DNA from: an uncultured Ignatzschineria sp.
GTDB lineage: Bacteria > Pseudomonadota > Gammaproteobacteria > Cardiobacteriales > Wohlfahrtiimonadaceae
DNA: 60,008 nucleotides
Direction: 5' to 3'
Assembly: GCA_964586665.1 (NCBI GenBank)
Contig: CAZPIQ010000001.1
Span: forward strand, 1-60,008
Both the position numbers and the translations under genes were made by a program. The notes under the pieces were generated by a model that searched no databases, was not told the DNA's origin, and saw nothing but the letters and a program-made list of their open reading frames with translations. This document shows positions 22,694 to 32,883 of the stretch, piece after piece. Numbering within the stretch: position 1 is the stretch's first letter; every line of letters begins with the position of its first letter.

Positions 22694-24418
22694 TTATTTT
22701 ACAGCTTCAAAGTAATCAATAATCAACTGTAGATTGCGATTCCCTCGCCATTCGTTCACATCGAGTTTAAAGGCACAATGGATCTCTTTGACATTATCGA
22801 CTAGCTGATGCGCTTGGAAAAAAGCCATCGCTTCAAATGTCATTGCACTTTGACGCTGTTTGAGCGTAAACTTCAAATGCGCACCTTTTAAAATACGATA
22901 ATCGAGCACTTCAAAGGCATCATCAAAAAGTGGCTCTGGGAATTGTTGTCCCCATGGGTAGGCAAGCTTAATCTCATCGGCAAACCCTAAGTTAAACCCA
23001 TTTGCCGGCAATGCGCCATCACTAAAGATCTTTTGACTCAATAATTCATCACGTACCGAGCTACCCTCTAAAAACAGCTCAATCTCAGCGTTCATTGCTT
23101 CTTGGAATTTCGGAAGATTCTCTTCATAAATGGATAAGCCCGCTGCCATCGCATGACCACCAAAGGTTTCTATTAAACCTGGGTTGTCACGCGCCACATT
23201 ACTCATTAGATCTCGAAGATGAATCCCACTAATCGAGCGTCCTGATCCTTTCACTAGCCCTTCATTATCATAGGCAAAAATAAAGGTCGGACGATAATAT
23301 TGCTCCTTAATCCGAGAAGCCACAATGCCAGTGATCCCTTGATGCCATGATTCATCATAAAGACAGATCGCAAGTGGGATATCCTCATCTTTTAGCGCAA
23401 TAGTTGCCAATATGCTATCTGCTGTTTCACGCATCTCGTGCTCGATCGTTTTGCGCTCTTCATTCATTGTGTAGAGTTCATTAGCAATCGCTTTTGCTTC
23501 TTCAAACTCATTCGTTAAAAGAAGCTCAATTCCTACTTGCATATTATCTAAACGCCCAGCCGCATTGAGAAGCGGTGCAACGCCATAGCCAATATCGCTC
23601 GTGGAGAGTGTCTCTTTTTTACGATTAGAGACATCTATCAATGCAGCAATGCCAGGGATCATCACCCCACGGCGCATACGCAGTAAACCTTGCTGCGCAA
23701 TTTTACGATTATTACTATCAAGAGGTACTAAATCCGCTACGGTACCAAGCGCAACGATATCAAGATAATTACCAAGATTCGGTGCCGGATAATTCCCAAA
23801 ATAACCGACCTCCTGTAATTTTGCGCGAACACTTAATAGCACATAAAAAATCACGCCCACGCCGGCAAGAGATTTACTCGGAAACATATCGCCCACTAGA
23901 TTCGGGTTCACAATCGCATCTGCTTCTGGCAATATTTCCGGCGGTAAATGGTGATCTGTCACCACAACCTTAATCCCCTTTTCACGAGCAAGCGCAACGC
24001 CATCAATATTAGAGATTCCGTTATCCACCGTAATTAATAGATCTGGCGGATTACGCAAAATCTTCTGTACAAGCGATCGTGATAAACCATAACCATCCAA
24101 AATTCGGTGAGGCACCGTATATCGGACATTATTCACACCAAAATCTCGTAAAATCCGCATGGCTAACGCGATACTTGTTGCGCCATCGACATCATAATCC
24201 CCGACAATTAAGATATCTTGTTCTAAAGTAATGGCGTCAACAATCAAGTCGGTCGCATCTTCAATATTACTCAGAGAATGATAGGGATAGAGCCCCTTGA
24301 GCGTAAGATCAAGCGCAGATTCATCTTCGATTTTACGGTTTCTTAAGACCTGTTGTAAAAGCGAGGAATGATTTGTCGATACATAATCATGCTGCGGATT
24401 GCGGCGAATAATTTTCAT
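22694..24418 (-). CDS. recJ: ssDNA-specific exonuclease RecJ
   Basis: GDYDVDG, TVDNG, TDHH, GSGRS, GGHAMAAG. Confidence 0.96.
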   Translation of the reverse strand: MKIIRRNPQHDYVSTNHSSLLQQVLRNRKIEDESALDLTLKGLYPYHSLSNIEDATDLIVDAITLEQDILIVGDYDVDGATSIALAMRILRDFGVNNVRYTVPHRILDGYGLSRSLVQKILRNPPDLLITVDNGISNIDGVALAREKGIKVVVTDHHLPPEILPEADAIVNPNLVGDMFPSKSLAGVGVIFYVLLSVRAKLQEVGYFGNYPAPNLGNYLDIVALGTVADLVPLDSNNRKIAQQGLLRMRRGVMIPGIAALIDVSNRKKETLSTSDIGYGVAPLLNAAGRLDNMQVGIELLLTNEFEEAKAIANELYTMNEERKTIEHEMRETADSILATIALKDEDIPLAICLYDESWHQGITGIVASRIKEQYYRPTFIFAYDNEGLVKGSGRSISGIHLRDLMSNVARDNPGLIETFGGHAMAAGLSIYEENLPKFQEAMNAEIELFLEGSSVRDELLSQKIFSDGALPANGFNLGFADEIKLAYPWGQQFPEPLFDDAFEVLDYRILKGAHLKFTLKQRQSAMTFEAMAFFQAHQLVDNVKEIHCAFKLDVNEWRGNRNLQLIIDYFEAVK

Positions 24419-24504
24419 AATCTAAAAAGTCTTTATTCTATCGTTGTTCAGTCTTTAGCAGATCTGACAGTGAGGAGATTTCTTTGGGAACGAACGGCAA
24501 GTGC

Positions 24505-24756
24505 TTATATCTTTTTGATAAGAAAGATATATACGCCATCATCGATCGCAAAATCTAATAGCTCATGATGAGTTCTTGCAAGATACGCTTTAAAATCGAT
24601 CTCAGAGTGTGGATCGGTTGCGTATACTTTGATGATATCACCGGCACTAGCTTTCATTAATGCCTGCTTTGTTTTTAAGATCGGCATTGGGCAATTCAGT
24701 CCTTTTAAATCGATCTCTGCGGTAATGATATAGTCCGCTTCATGCTCTAAAGCCAT
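24505..24756 (-). CDS. tusA: TusA family sulfur carrier
   Basis: DLKGLNCPMPIL (CPxP). Confidence 0.85.
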   Translation of the reverse strand: MALEHEADYIITAEIDLKGLNCPMPILKTKQALMKASAGDIIKVYATDPHSEIDFKAYLARTHHELLDFAIDDGVYIFLIKKI

Positions 24757-24770
24757 TATGAATCCTTCTA

Positions 24771-25277
24771 CTAATCCACTTGAAAATTGAAAGTCTCAGA
24801 TGGGACAGTATACGCCATTACGATCGCATCTTCATGACCATTGATATTACAAGGATAGTATCCTCTACGAATCCCTATCTGATTAAAGCCCATCCGATCA
24901 TAAAGCCCCCTTGCCGGCGTATTGCCTGCTCTTACTTCAAGGAAAATCGTTGAGAGATTATGCGTCTCTCCAAGTGCAAGCACCTGTTCAAGTAGATATT
25001 TCCCAAAACGCTTTCCCTGATGAATCGGGTCTACGGTAATATGCCAAAGATGCCCTTCATCAAGCACAATGCCGACAATCGCATAACCTACCAACTTTCC
25101 CTCGTAGATCAACTTCATACGAATTAAATCCTGATAGAAGACCGATTCGAGCTGATGTTTATCCCAGGGTACAGGATAAGCCCGATTCTCAATCTCGGTA
25201 ATCTCTGGTAAATCTTCTACGGTTGCTGGCGCAATACTGAGTAAATGTGTTAAATCATTCACGTTAAACTTCCCCAT
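24771..25277 (-). CDS. rimI: Ribosomal protein S18 alanine N-acetyltransferase
   Basis: FLEVRAGN, LYDRMGF, RRGYY, EDAIVM. Confidence 0.92.
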   Translation of the reverse strand: MGKFNVNDLTHLLSIAPATVEDLPEITEIENRAYPVPWDKHQLESVFYQDLIRMKLIYEGKLVGYAIVGIVLDEGHLWHITVDPIHQGKRFGKYLLEQVLALGETHNLSTIFLEVRAGNTPARGLYDRMGFNQIGIRRGYYPCNINGHEDAIVMAYTVPSETFNFQVD

Positions 25278-25397
25278 GAATTTCCTTTTTATGTAGTCAT
25301 TGATATGGGAAGATCATGCTATAAACCGATCTTCACGCTTTTCTTATTATTATCATTGAAATACGACAGCAAAATATTTTGCGCAAAATCAACACAC

Positions 25398-26408
25398 CTA
25401 ATCGACCAATCGCCTGAAGAACTTTAAATCCTGCCAGAAATTCGATTTTAATCGTGCATTACGCGCATAGACTCTTGGAGAATGAGATACCACCACCGGA
25501 TACTCATTACCCTCAATCTGAATCAGATGCTTCTCTCGTCTAAGCTCTTCAAATGGAAGTTCTTTTTCCAACATAAACTTTACAGAATTACGCCCTAAAA
25601 GCAAGATTGCCTTCGGGTTTACCTCTGTAATTTCACGTTTTAAAACCTGGAAACAAGCATGCCATTCAGCGGCATCAACGTCGCGTAATTCCGGCGGTCG
25701 ACATTTAATAAATGGCGTAATATAGAGATCTTCCGGCATAAAGCCCACAGCACTCATCGCCTTGTAGAAAAATGATTCATCACTTCTATCGAGCACTTGC
25801 CCACTGAACATCTCTTCTTTAAGAGGAATATCTGTAATCACCATTAAACGCGCCCCTTCATGCTGTCTTGGAAGCGTTGCCTTATGACGTGTTTGTGAGA
25901 AGTCACATGCTTCACAGGATTCTATCGCAACTTTAAACTGCGGTGCAAAGATCGAAGCATCAATCGGATATGTAAATGGGATCGGCGTATAACGGCGCTT
26001 AACCGCAATGGATTCTGTGGCTTTAGGATTCACATCGACGCGAATACCCGTTGTCACGTCCTCTAACTGCTGAGTAAATCGTTTAGACTCTGCGGGGATA
26101 GATGGATTATAAGAATCGAGACTTCCTTTCGCTGTTATAGAAGCCTGTTGATTGTCGCCTCTTCGCTCATCAAGATTTACACCACCTGTCAATGAGGCCA
26201 ATGACTCAGTACGACGAGGCATTGAGGAAATAGCGCTATTTTGAGCTTGAGGATTTTGCCCCATTAAAGCGCCCGAAGATTGCATCTGATTTGCCACCAA
26301 GCCTTGCTTTAAAAGACGTGCATTTTCCTGTGCAATAGGAAGATCTTCCTGCTTACACCAAGCTTGAATGCCCATCAATTTTAAATATTCTGCCTGCCTT
26401 AAATCCAC
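25398..26408 (-). CDS. Uracil-DNA glycosylase family 4-like protein with degenerate active site and Pol III psi-like N-terminus
   Basis: CEAC...KCRPP...HAC cysteines; GEAPG replaced by TDIPL; N-terminus QAEYLKLMGIQAW; GTG start with GAGGA RBS. Confidence 0.7.
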   Translation of the reverse strand: MDLRQAEYLKLMGIQAWCKQEDLPIAQENARLLKQGLVANQMQSSGALMGQNPQAQNSAISSMPRRTESLASLTGGVNLDERRGDNQQASITAKGSLDSYNPSIPAESKRFTQQLEDVTTGIRVDVNPKATESIAVKRRYTPIPFTYPIDASIFAPQFKVAIESCEACDFSQTRHKATLPRQHEGARLMVITDIPLKEEMFSGQVLDRSDESFFYKAMSAVGFMPEDLYITPFIKCRPPELRDVDAAEWHACFQVLKREITEVNPKAILLLGRNSVKFMLEKELPFEELRREKHLIQIEGNEYPVVVSHSPRVYARNARLKSNFWQDLKFFRRLVD

Positions 26409-26487
26409 GCTTTGTCCTCACTTCAAAACTAAGTCGTGATTGAGTAATGATTCAATCTCATTATCAATCACGACCAATCATCTGCTG

Positions 26488-27390
26488 TTACTTATCTGCT
26501 ACATTATCTGTATCCGCTGATTCAGTCACTTCCACACTCTCAGCCTGATCATGACTCATACTCTCTTTGTCTGCTTTTGATTGCCCTCTCACAGGTTTTT
26601 CACTATTTTTTAGCTGACGACGTTTACGATGGCGAAGCACTGCATAAACGGGACCTGAAAGACCATAGGTTAAGAGCACCAAGAAGATCGCTTCTCCTGG
26701 GAATCGCACGATACAAACCACCAAAATACCCACTACGAATACTAATAACACCCATACAAAAAATGGCACAGGATTTTGGAAACGAATATCTTTAAAGCTG
26801 AAGAACTTCACATTCGTGACCATCATTAAGCCCGCATAGAGCGTGATAATGAGCGCAATATAATCTTTCCAAGGCGATGATAAACCAACGTTTTCACCAA
26901 ACCAGACAAAACCGACAACAATCGCCGCGGCCGTTGGACTTGGCATACCGACAAAGAATCGTTTATCCACTTTACCAATTTGCACGTTAAATCGCGCTAA
27001 GCGAAGCGCTGCACACGCAAGATAGATATAAGCCACAAACCATGAGATTCCACCAATAATATTAAAGTGGCTCTCTTTTAAAGCCCATAGGTAGATGATC
27101 AGTGCCGGCGCAATACCGAATGAGATCAGGTCCGAGAGCGAATCATACTGCTCGCCAAAAGCACTTGAGCTATTGGTCATTCTTGCAACGCGCCCATCAA
27201 GACCATCAAAGATCATCGCGATAAAGACTAAAATCGCCGATTGAGTAAAGGTCTGTGTCGTGTCGCCATTATGCATGCCATAGTAAGCATCTAATGCTGT
27301 TAAAATTGCCGAGAATCCACAGAGCATCGCAGCTGTTGTAATGAGATTCGGTAAAACGTAAATTGCATTGCCCTTTTTATGTTGAGCCAT
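26488..27390 (-). CDS. pssA: CDP-diacylglycerol-serine O-phosphatidyltransferase (type II)
   Basis: DGLDGRVAR...GEQYDSLSD CDP-alcohol motif, LRLARFN; start 27390 or 27426. Confidence 0.92.
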   Translation of the reverse strand: MAQHKKGNAIYVLPNLITTAAMLCGFSAILTALDAYYGMHNGDTTQTFTQSAILVFIAMIFDGLDGRVARMTNSSSAFGEQYDSLSDLISFGIAPALIIYLWALKESHFNIIGGISWFVAYIYLACAALRLARFNVQIGKVDKRFFVGMPSPTAAAIVVGFVWFGENVGLSSPWKDYIALIITLYAGLMMVTNVKFFSFKDIRFQNPVPFFVWVLLVFVVGILVVCIVRFPGEAIFLVLLTYGLSGPVYAVLRHRKRRQLKNSEKPVRGQSKADKESMSHDQAESVEVTESADTDNVADK

Positions 27391-27686
27391 GCTATCTTCT
27401 TTCTCTTCAATCATTTTCTTAAACACCTAAAATAAGTAGAGTCGTATTATAGCACCTCCCTTATTAGATTAAGAGCAACATTATTCTCTAAATGCCTTTC
27501 TCAAATTTTTATTGAACTCTTCTTGATTGTAGATCCCATTTTAAATAGCGCTTTTACATATAATGCCGGCAATTGATATTCGATCTATCGGCTTTTTATA
27601 GTATGATACGACTATGAAAATGTCGGCAATACTGAAGATTTACTTGCCCATTTTATATCTGATCATTACTGAAGGAACGTTATTTT

Positions 27687-28205
27687 ATGTCTGGAAAATC
27701 GACTATCTCTCTCATTCTCGCAATGGCTGACAATGGCACTATTGGCCATAATAATGCGCTTCCATGGCACCTTCCGAATGATCTTAAATTTTTTAAAAAT
27801 AGTACAATAGGCAAACCGATTGTGATGGGACGTAAAACTTATGAATCCATTGGTAAACCCCTTCCTGGGCGAATCAATATCGTGATCTCCCGTAATTTAG
27901 GGGAATTTGATATTCCAGGTTGCATCGTTTTTAACTCACTCATTGATGCCATTACCCATATTGAAAACACGATTGTTGAGCCTGAAATTATGATTATGGG
28001 CGGTGCACAAATCTATCAAGCTGCACTGCCTCTAATGGATCGCCTCTATCTCACTCACGTTCATGCGAATGTGGAAGGCGACACCCAAATGCCTCAATTT
28101 GATTTTTCAAATGCAAAACTGATCTTTGAAGAAAAACACAGCAAAGATGAGAAAAATGCTTATGATTATACTTTTGAAATTTGGGATTTTAAGAAAGATC
28201 TCTAA
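27687..28205 (+). CDS. folA: Dihydrofolate reductase
   Basis: LPWHLPNDL, MGRKTYESIG, PLPGR, MGGAQIY. Confidence 0.96.
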   Translation: MSGKSTISLILAMADNGTIGHNNALPWHLPNDLKFFKNSTIGKPIVMGRKTYESIGKPLPGRINIVISRNLGEFDIPGCIVFNSLIDAITHIENTIVEPEIMIMGGAQIYQAALPLMDRLYLTHVHANVEGDTQMPQFDFSNAKLIFEEKHSKDEKNAYDYTFEIWDFKKDL

Positions 28206-28434
28206 CGCGAACATCATTGATTGAATGTATTCATCGATAAAAATATGATGCTAGAAATTGTGTCATTGATTTATAAACTTACGTAAACGATTTTTGCTTA
28301 TACTGAAAATCCTTTAAAATAATGTCAGTCAAAAAATGATAGTAATCCCCTACATCAATACTATATGATTGGATCACTATTACGACCCCGCACCTTATTT
28401 CTATTTCCAACAACAGAGAGTACAGCGAAATTAT

Positions 28435-29190
28435 ATGAGTACACATCCTCACCGTACCCCGAAAATGGGTCTTCAATACTTCTTTGAAGGCTTTAGCATC
28501 ATGATGCGCCCTGGCCTTAGAAAGTTTGTCTTTTTACCGATTATCATCAATATCCTCATCCTAGGTGGCGCTTTTATTTGGCTATTTTTTAAAGTCGATG
28601 GTTGGGTGGATTATCTTCTGAGCTATCTTCCAAGTTGGTTACATTGGTTAAGTTATATCCTTTGGCCGATTATTCTAGCCTCTATTATTCTCGTCTTTGG
28701 CTACTTCTTTAGTACGCTCGCCAATATCATCGCTTCCCCTTTTAATGGTCTATTAGCCGAAATGGTTGAAGTGGAACTTTCAGGAAAACCAGCCAAAGAG
28801 ATGCCTTGGAATGATTTCATTAAAGATGTTCCACGTATGATTACCCGCGAATTCGTTCGCCTTGGCTATTCGCTCCCAAGAATGATTGTTCTTTTGGTCA
28901 TCTCTTTTATTCCGATCATCAATATCGTCTCACCTGTGCTCTGGTTCCTTTTTGGATCATGGATGATGGTTATTCAATATTGTGACTATGCATTTGATAA
29001 TCATAAAATCTCCTTCACGGACATGAAAGATCGTTTAAAATCAGATCGTATGAATAACATGCCATTTGGGGTTTTAGTATTTATACTGACAATGATCCCT
29101 ATCGTGAATCTCTTCATTATGCCGGCAGCTGTTTGCGGTGCAACGGCAATGTGGGTCGATCACTATCGCCAGCATCATGTGCGTGATTAA
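28435..29190 (+). CDS. cysZ: Sulfate transporter CysZ (EI24 domain)
   Basis: NIIASPFNGLLAE, QYCDYAFDNH, MPAAVCGATAMW; start uncertain. Confidence 0.9.
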   Translation: MSTHPHRTPKMGLQYFFEGFSIMMRPGLRKFVFLPIIINILILGGAFIWLFFKVDGWVDYLLSYLPSWLHWLSYILWPIILASIILVFGYFFSTLANIIASPFNGLLAEMVEVELSGKPAKEMPWNDFIKDVPRMITREFVRLGYSLPRMIVLLVISFIPIINIVSPVLWFLFGSWMMVIQYCDYAFDNHKISFTDMKDRLKSDRMNNMPFGVLVFILTMIPIVNLFIMPAAVCGATAMWVDHYRQHHVRD

Positions 29191-29205
29191 TCGCTTATCA
29201 ATCGG

Positions 29206-29276
29206 TTCATCTGATTGATTCATCTGATTGATTAATAGGATTGATTAATAGGATTGATTAATAGGATTGATTCATA
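29206..29276. repeat. 13-bp tandem array: TTCATCTGATTGA x2 then TTAATAGGATTGA x3
   Basis: Read directly. Confidence 0.9.
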
Positions 29277-29295
29277 CAATCATTATGATAATTTC

Positions 29296-29320
29296 AAAGG
29301 AGCTTTCAAGCTCCTTTTTT
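29296..29320 (+). terminator. cysZ terminator
   Basis: AAAGGAGCT-TTCA-AGCTCCTTTTTT. Confidence 0.75.
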
Positions 29321-29399
29321 AATGCTTGAAAAAATCAGTAACATCCCCATCTTGTTAGCAACTATTTCAATAATAGATATCATCTAATGGACATCGCTC

Positions 29400-30596
29400 A
29401 TGACAAAAACGATACTCTCAGACAATGAACCTATCACGACTCAAGAAGAGACGATTTTAAAGCATCGTTACTGCTCTTGGTGCCTTGAGAAGTCGAATCA
29501 TCTTCAAGTTCAAGAAAACCGTGTTCGTAGAAATGTTTATGAATGCCGGTCTTGTGGTAACTACACGCTACCCTGCCGTTTTTGTAACAATATGGCAAAA
29601 GGCGCACCAAAAGGAACGATAAAAGATTTCTTTGGTTGGGATAATGAGCGGTGTGCTGAGCATGATGGTTCAGTTTTAAGCTTTGATAAAGACTCGATTC
29701 GCTTAAAGGATATTACGGATTACAAGCAATTACTCGATCAAGATACAACAACGCGCTATAGTTTCGCATCAACGATTGGCAAGCATCTCTTAAGTGAGTA
29801 CTTTGGCGATGATGATCGCTTTGATATTATCAGACTCACAAAAGCAGCCGATCATAATGCTGACAATCCCCTCAATCGCGTGATCGTGATTAATGGTTTT
29901 CTCAAAGAGACCGATAAAATCTTCAAAGATTGGATGCGTGCATATGAGATGATTCCGGATAATACGGAAATTTATGGACTGACTTGGGCATCTCAAACAA
30001 TGGGAGATTTTGCGAAGAGTTTCCTTTCGCCCAAAATTGCGAATATTGCTTCGAAAAAACTCATCCTCGCGCAAATTCTCTATTCAGCAGCGACGAATCC
30101 TTGGCATGTTTCCATGAAAAAGGCCGCAGATGCCGGCGAGCTATTAGGCAATATTCTTCTCCATTCCGAAGGGGAACCTTTTACCTTAGTTGCCCATTCA
30201 TTAGGATGCCGTGTGATTTACTATGCACTTGAATTCTTAAAACATCACCCACAGATCAAAGTGAAAGACGTGATTCTCCTCGGCGGCGCAGTTGGCAATG
30301 ATACAAAAGATTGGGAAGCGGTTGCGGACAAGATTAGTGGCAAAATCTACAATTGCCACTCCGACAATGATGATGCGCTTCATAAGGGCTATAACATCTC
30401 AACCCTAAAACTGAGTGCACCTGTTGGCTACTATCCAATTAAGAGTGATCATGCCAATATTATCAATATTGACTGTAGCGATATTATCACAGGTCATAAT
30501 GAGTGGAAGGATGAATACCCTGAAGTATACGAGCGAATTATCGCCTATCAAAAGGATCATCAATCAGCGAGTAGCACTCGCCTCAATGATAAATGA
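29400..30596 (+). CDS. Alpha/beta-hydrolase (DUF726-like) with N-terminal Cys-rich zinc-ribbon region
   Basis: VAHSLGCRVI nucleophile elbow, LLGGAV, NCHSDNDDAL, C-terminal GH; CSWC, CRSC, CRFC, CAEH at N-terminus. Confidence 0.65.
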   Translation: MTKTILSDNEPITTQEETILKHRYCSWCLEKSNHLQVQENRVRRNVYECRSCGNYTLPCRFCNNMAKGAPKGTIKDFFGWDNERCAEHDGSVLSFDKDSIRLKDITDYKQLLDQDTTTRYSFASTIGKHLLSEYFGDDDRFDIIRLTKAADHNADNPLNRVIVINGFLKETDKIFKDWMRAYEMIPDNTEIYGLTWASQTMGDFAKSFLSPKIANIASKKLILAQILYSAATNPWHVSMKKAADAGELLGNILLHSEGEPFTLVAHSLGCRVIYYALEFLKHHPQIKVKDVILLGGAVGNDTKDWEAVADKISGKIYNCHSDNDDALHKGYNISTLKLSAPVGYYPIKSDHANIINIDCSDIITGHNEWKDEYPEVYERIIAYQKDHQSASSTRLNDK

Positions 30597-30719
30597 TTGC
30601 AACCCTCTAAAGCTCTTTTCAGCTCATATAAAAATCCCCAAATGTCAGAGACTTTTGGGGATTGATGATCTTTTATTGCCTTTATAGCTTTTATTATCTA
30701 CTGCTCTCAGTTAGAGGCA

Positions 30720-31769
30720 CTATTTCTCACCACTTAAAGTAACAAGGATTTTTGCTTGTGTCTTATCATTCACAAGCGTTTCAAATCCTTCAGCAACGAT
30801 CTCATCAAGCGCAATACGTTTTGTGATGATTGAAGTCACATCTAGTTGACCTGTTCCCATCAATGCAATCGTTTCGCGGAAGCTTGATGGTGAATAAGCG
30901 ATCGAGGATGTCACCTTCACACCTGTGTTAATGAGTGACATTGGGTGCCATGTAATTGGATTTGCGAAGATTGAAACAATCACCACAGTACCGCGCGCTT
31001 TTGTCACAGAAATTGCTTGCTCAACAGTTGCCTGAACACCAGCAACTTCAAAGGTTGCATCAACACCACGTGGAACGATCTTACGTACTGCTTCAACAGG
31101 ATTTTCTTTACCTGAATTCACGATATGGGTTGCACCAATTGCTTTTGCCATCTCTAAACGCGTTTCTGAAAGATCAAGTGCGATCACAGTTGTTGCGCCA
31201 GCTGCTTTCGCTGCTGCAATCGTTACAAGACCAATCGGGCCTGCGCCAAATACTGCAACTGTATCACCAAAACGCATACCACTCTCTTTAACCGCTTGAA
31301 CAGCCACCGCTGTTGGCTCGATTAATGCGGCTGTTTCTAATGATAATGTTTCTGGTAACTCATATACTGCTGATTCTGGCACATTAACGAAATCCGCAAA
31401 TCCACCATCACAGTGAAGACCAATGAAACTAAAGCCATCATAGATATCGTCATACTCACTGCGCTTGCCATGAGTCAGTGTTGGGTTCACTGAAACGCGG
31501 TCACCTTTTTTGAATTTAGTAACTTTACTACCGACAGCTTCAACAATACCTGAGAATTCATGTCCCATGGTAAGTGGTGCGATACCACCGGCTAATAAAT
31601 CTTCTTTTTCGGTTGGAATGAAAACAGGTCCCTCTGCATACTCATGAAGGTCACTTCCACAGATTCCCGCCCATGCCACACGAATGGTAATCTCGTGATC
31701 TTTTAACGCCTTTAACTCACGCTCAACAACACGAATATCTTCTCTACCATGCCAAACTGCTGCTTTCAT
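30720..31769 (-). CDS. bdhA: 2,3-butanediol dehydrogenase (Zn-dependent MDR family)
   Basis: GICGSDLHEY, GHEFSG, GAGPIG; GAGG RBS before ATG 31769. Confidence 0.8.
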   Translation of the reverse strand: MKAAVWHGREDIRVVERELKALKDHEITIRVAWAGICGSDLHEYAEGPVFIPTEKEDLLAGGIAPLTMGHEFSGIVEAVGSKVTKFKKGDRVSVNPTLTHGKRSEYDDIYDGFSFIGLHCDGGFADFVNVPESAVYELPETLSLETAALIEPTAVAVQAVKESGMRFGDTVAVFGAGPIGLVTIAAAKAAGATTVIALDLSETRLEMAKAIGATHIVNSGKENPVEAVRKIVPRGVDATFEVAGVQATVEQAISVTKARGTVVIVSIFANPITWHPMSLINTGVKVTSSIAYSPSSFRETIALMGTGQLDVTSIITKRIALDEIVAEGFETLVNDKTQAKILVTLSGEK

Positions 31770-32100
31770 ACTTACCTCTCTTAATTTAAAACAATTAAAA
31801 ATTGGATAACGAAGAAATGAATGGATTATCCCAAACACTATCTGTCGTCATTAGATTGTATTTAATACGTATATTATAACAAATATTTGTATATTATTTT
31901 AAGTTAAAGGAAAGTAATCCATTCTATAAACAGCACTAGTAGATGATTTTCCTACAAATAAATCAACATGATAAATAATTTCTCAATGAGAGAATCAATC
32001 TCAAATGCGATTGAAATTCATTATTAATTTATATAAAACTTGCGCTAAGTTATGTTTATAGCATTTTTCTTTGCATTAAAAACAGACCACTAAAAAGTAG

Positions 32101-32385
32101 TTAATGATGCATCATTCTCGCCATTAAGCGTTTTGAGAAAAGCGCTAGAAGGACAACTGCTACAATATCTATCAGATAACCAAAAGCCACCAATAACGAG
32201 GTTGTTGTTTGAAGGTGGCTCTGTGCGAGTGTTAAGATGAAAAAGAGTAATAAAATACAAAGTACATTCATCAATAAAATCACACTACACGCCCCGATAA
32301 AGCGGGCATTCATTTTCGTACCACGACGAATATGCATCACAAACGAATAGAGACCATAAAAGAGATAGAGAATATAGAGCGTCAT
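32101..32385 (-). CDS. Small hydrophobic membrane protein, unknown function
   Basis: 94 aa with about 3 hydrophobic segments; TAATG stop/start overlap with upstream ABM gene. Confidence 0.55.
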   Translation of the reverse strand: MTLYILYLFYGLYSFVMHIRRGTKMNARFIGACSVILLMNVLCILLLFFILTLAQSHLQTTTSLLVAFGYLIDIVAVVLLALFSKRLMARMMHH

Positions 32386-32678
32386 TAAAACAATCCCCTC
32401 ATTCGTGTATAGCGCCCTTCCTTAATAGAATATGCATCAATCATTGGCACAAGTTTCTGAAAATGACTGGAAGCTATATGGGCTTCTAATGCCTCTTCAT
32501 CTTTCCACGCTTCGATAAATAGGAAATGCCCAGGATCTTTTAGATCCTGACAAAGCTCATAGTGTAAGCATCCTGGCTCTTCTCGTGTCGCTTTCACTAA
32601 AGCCTCGTAAAGTGGCAATACAGCATCGATTTGAGTGGGATCAATAAAATCTTCAGCGATCAGTTTTAAGGTTGTCAT
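32385..32678 (-). CDS. Antibiotic biosynthesis monooxygenase (ABM) family protein
   Basis: TREEPGCLHYEL, EAWKDEEALEAH. Confidence 0.88.
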   Translation of the reverse strand: MTTLKLIAEDFIDPTQIDAVLPLYEALVKATREEPGCLHYELCQDLKDPGHFLFIEAWKDEEALEAHIASSHFQKLVPMIDAYSIKEGRYTRMRGLF

Positions 32679-32883
32679 AGTGGCTCTTTGGTGGACTTTA
32701 AATGGAATCTACAAATCATTAAATGGGATATCACATTACACAGTGCAACAAATACTGCATAGAGTGTGACATAAAATATGACATAAAATATTGAACGATA
32801 TTTTCTACATTATATTCTTTTTTGCAAATGCCGGCTAAACCGATAGAATCAATAAGGATAAAAATAGGAGATAGGAGAGAGTA

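Noticed and set aside
26433-26474. 17-bp imperfect inverted repeat between pssA and the UDG-like gene as a mobile element end
   Set aside because: Single copy, no transposase or target duplication; probably an mRNA hairpin
27687-28205. DHFR as acquired trimethoprim-resistance dfr
   Set aside because: Housekeeping context; no integron or IS features
29206-29276. Repeat array as possible CRISPR
   Set aside because: Contiguous 13-mers without spacers; no cas genes
31969-32025. Fur-like boxes upstream of butanediol dehydrogenase
   Set aside because: About 12/19 matches in very AT-rich sequence; not distinguishable from chance
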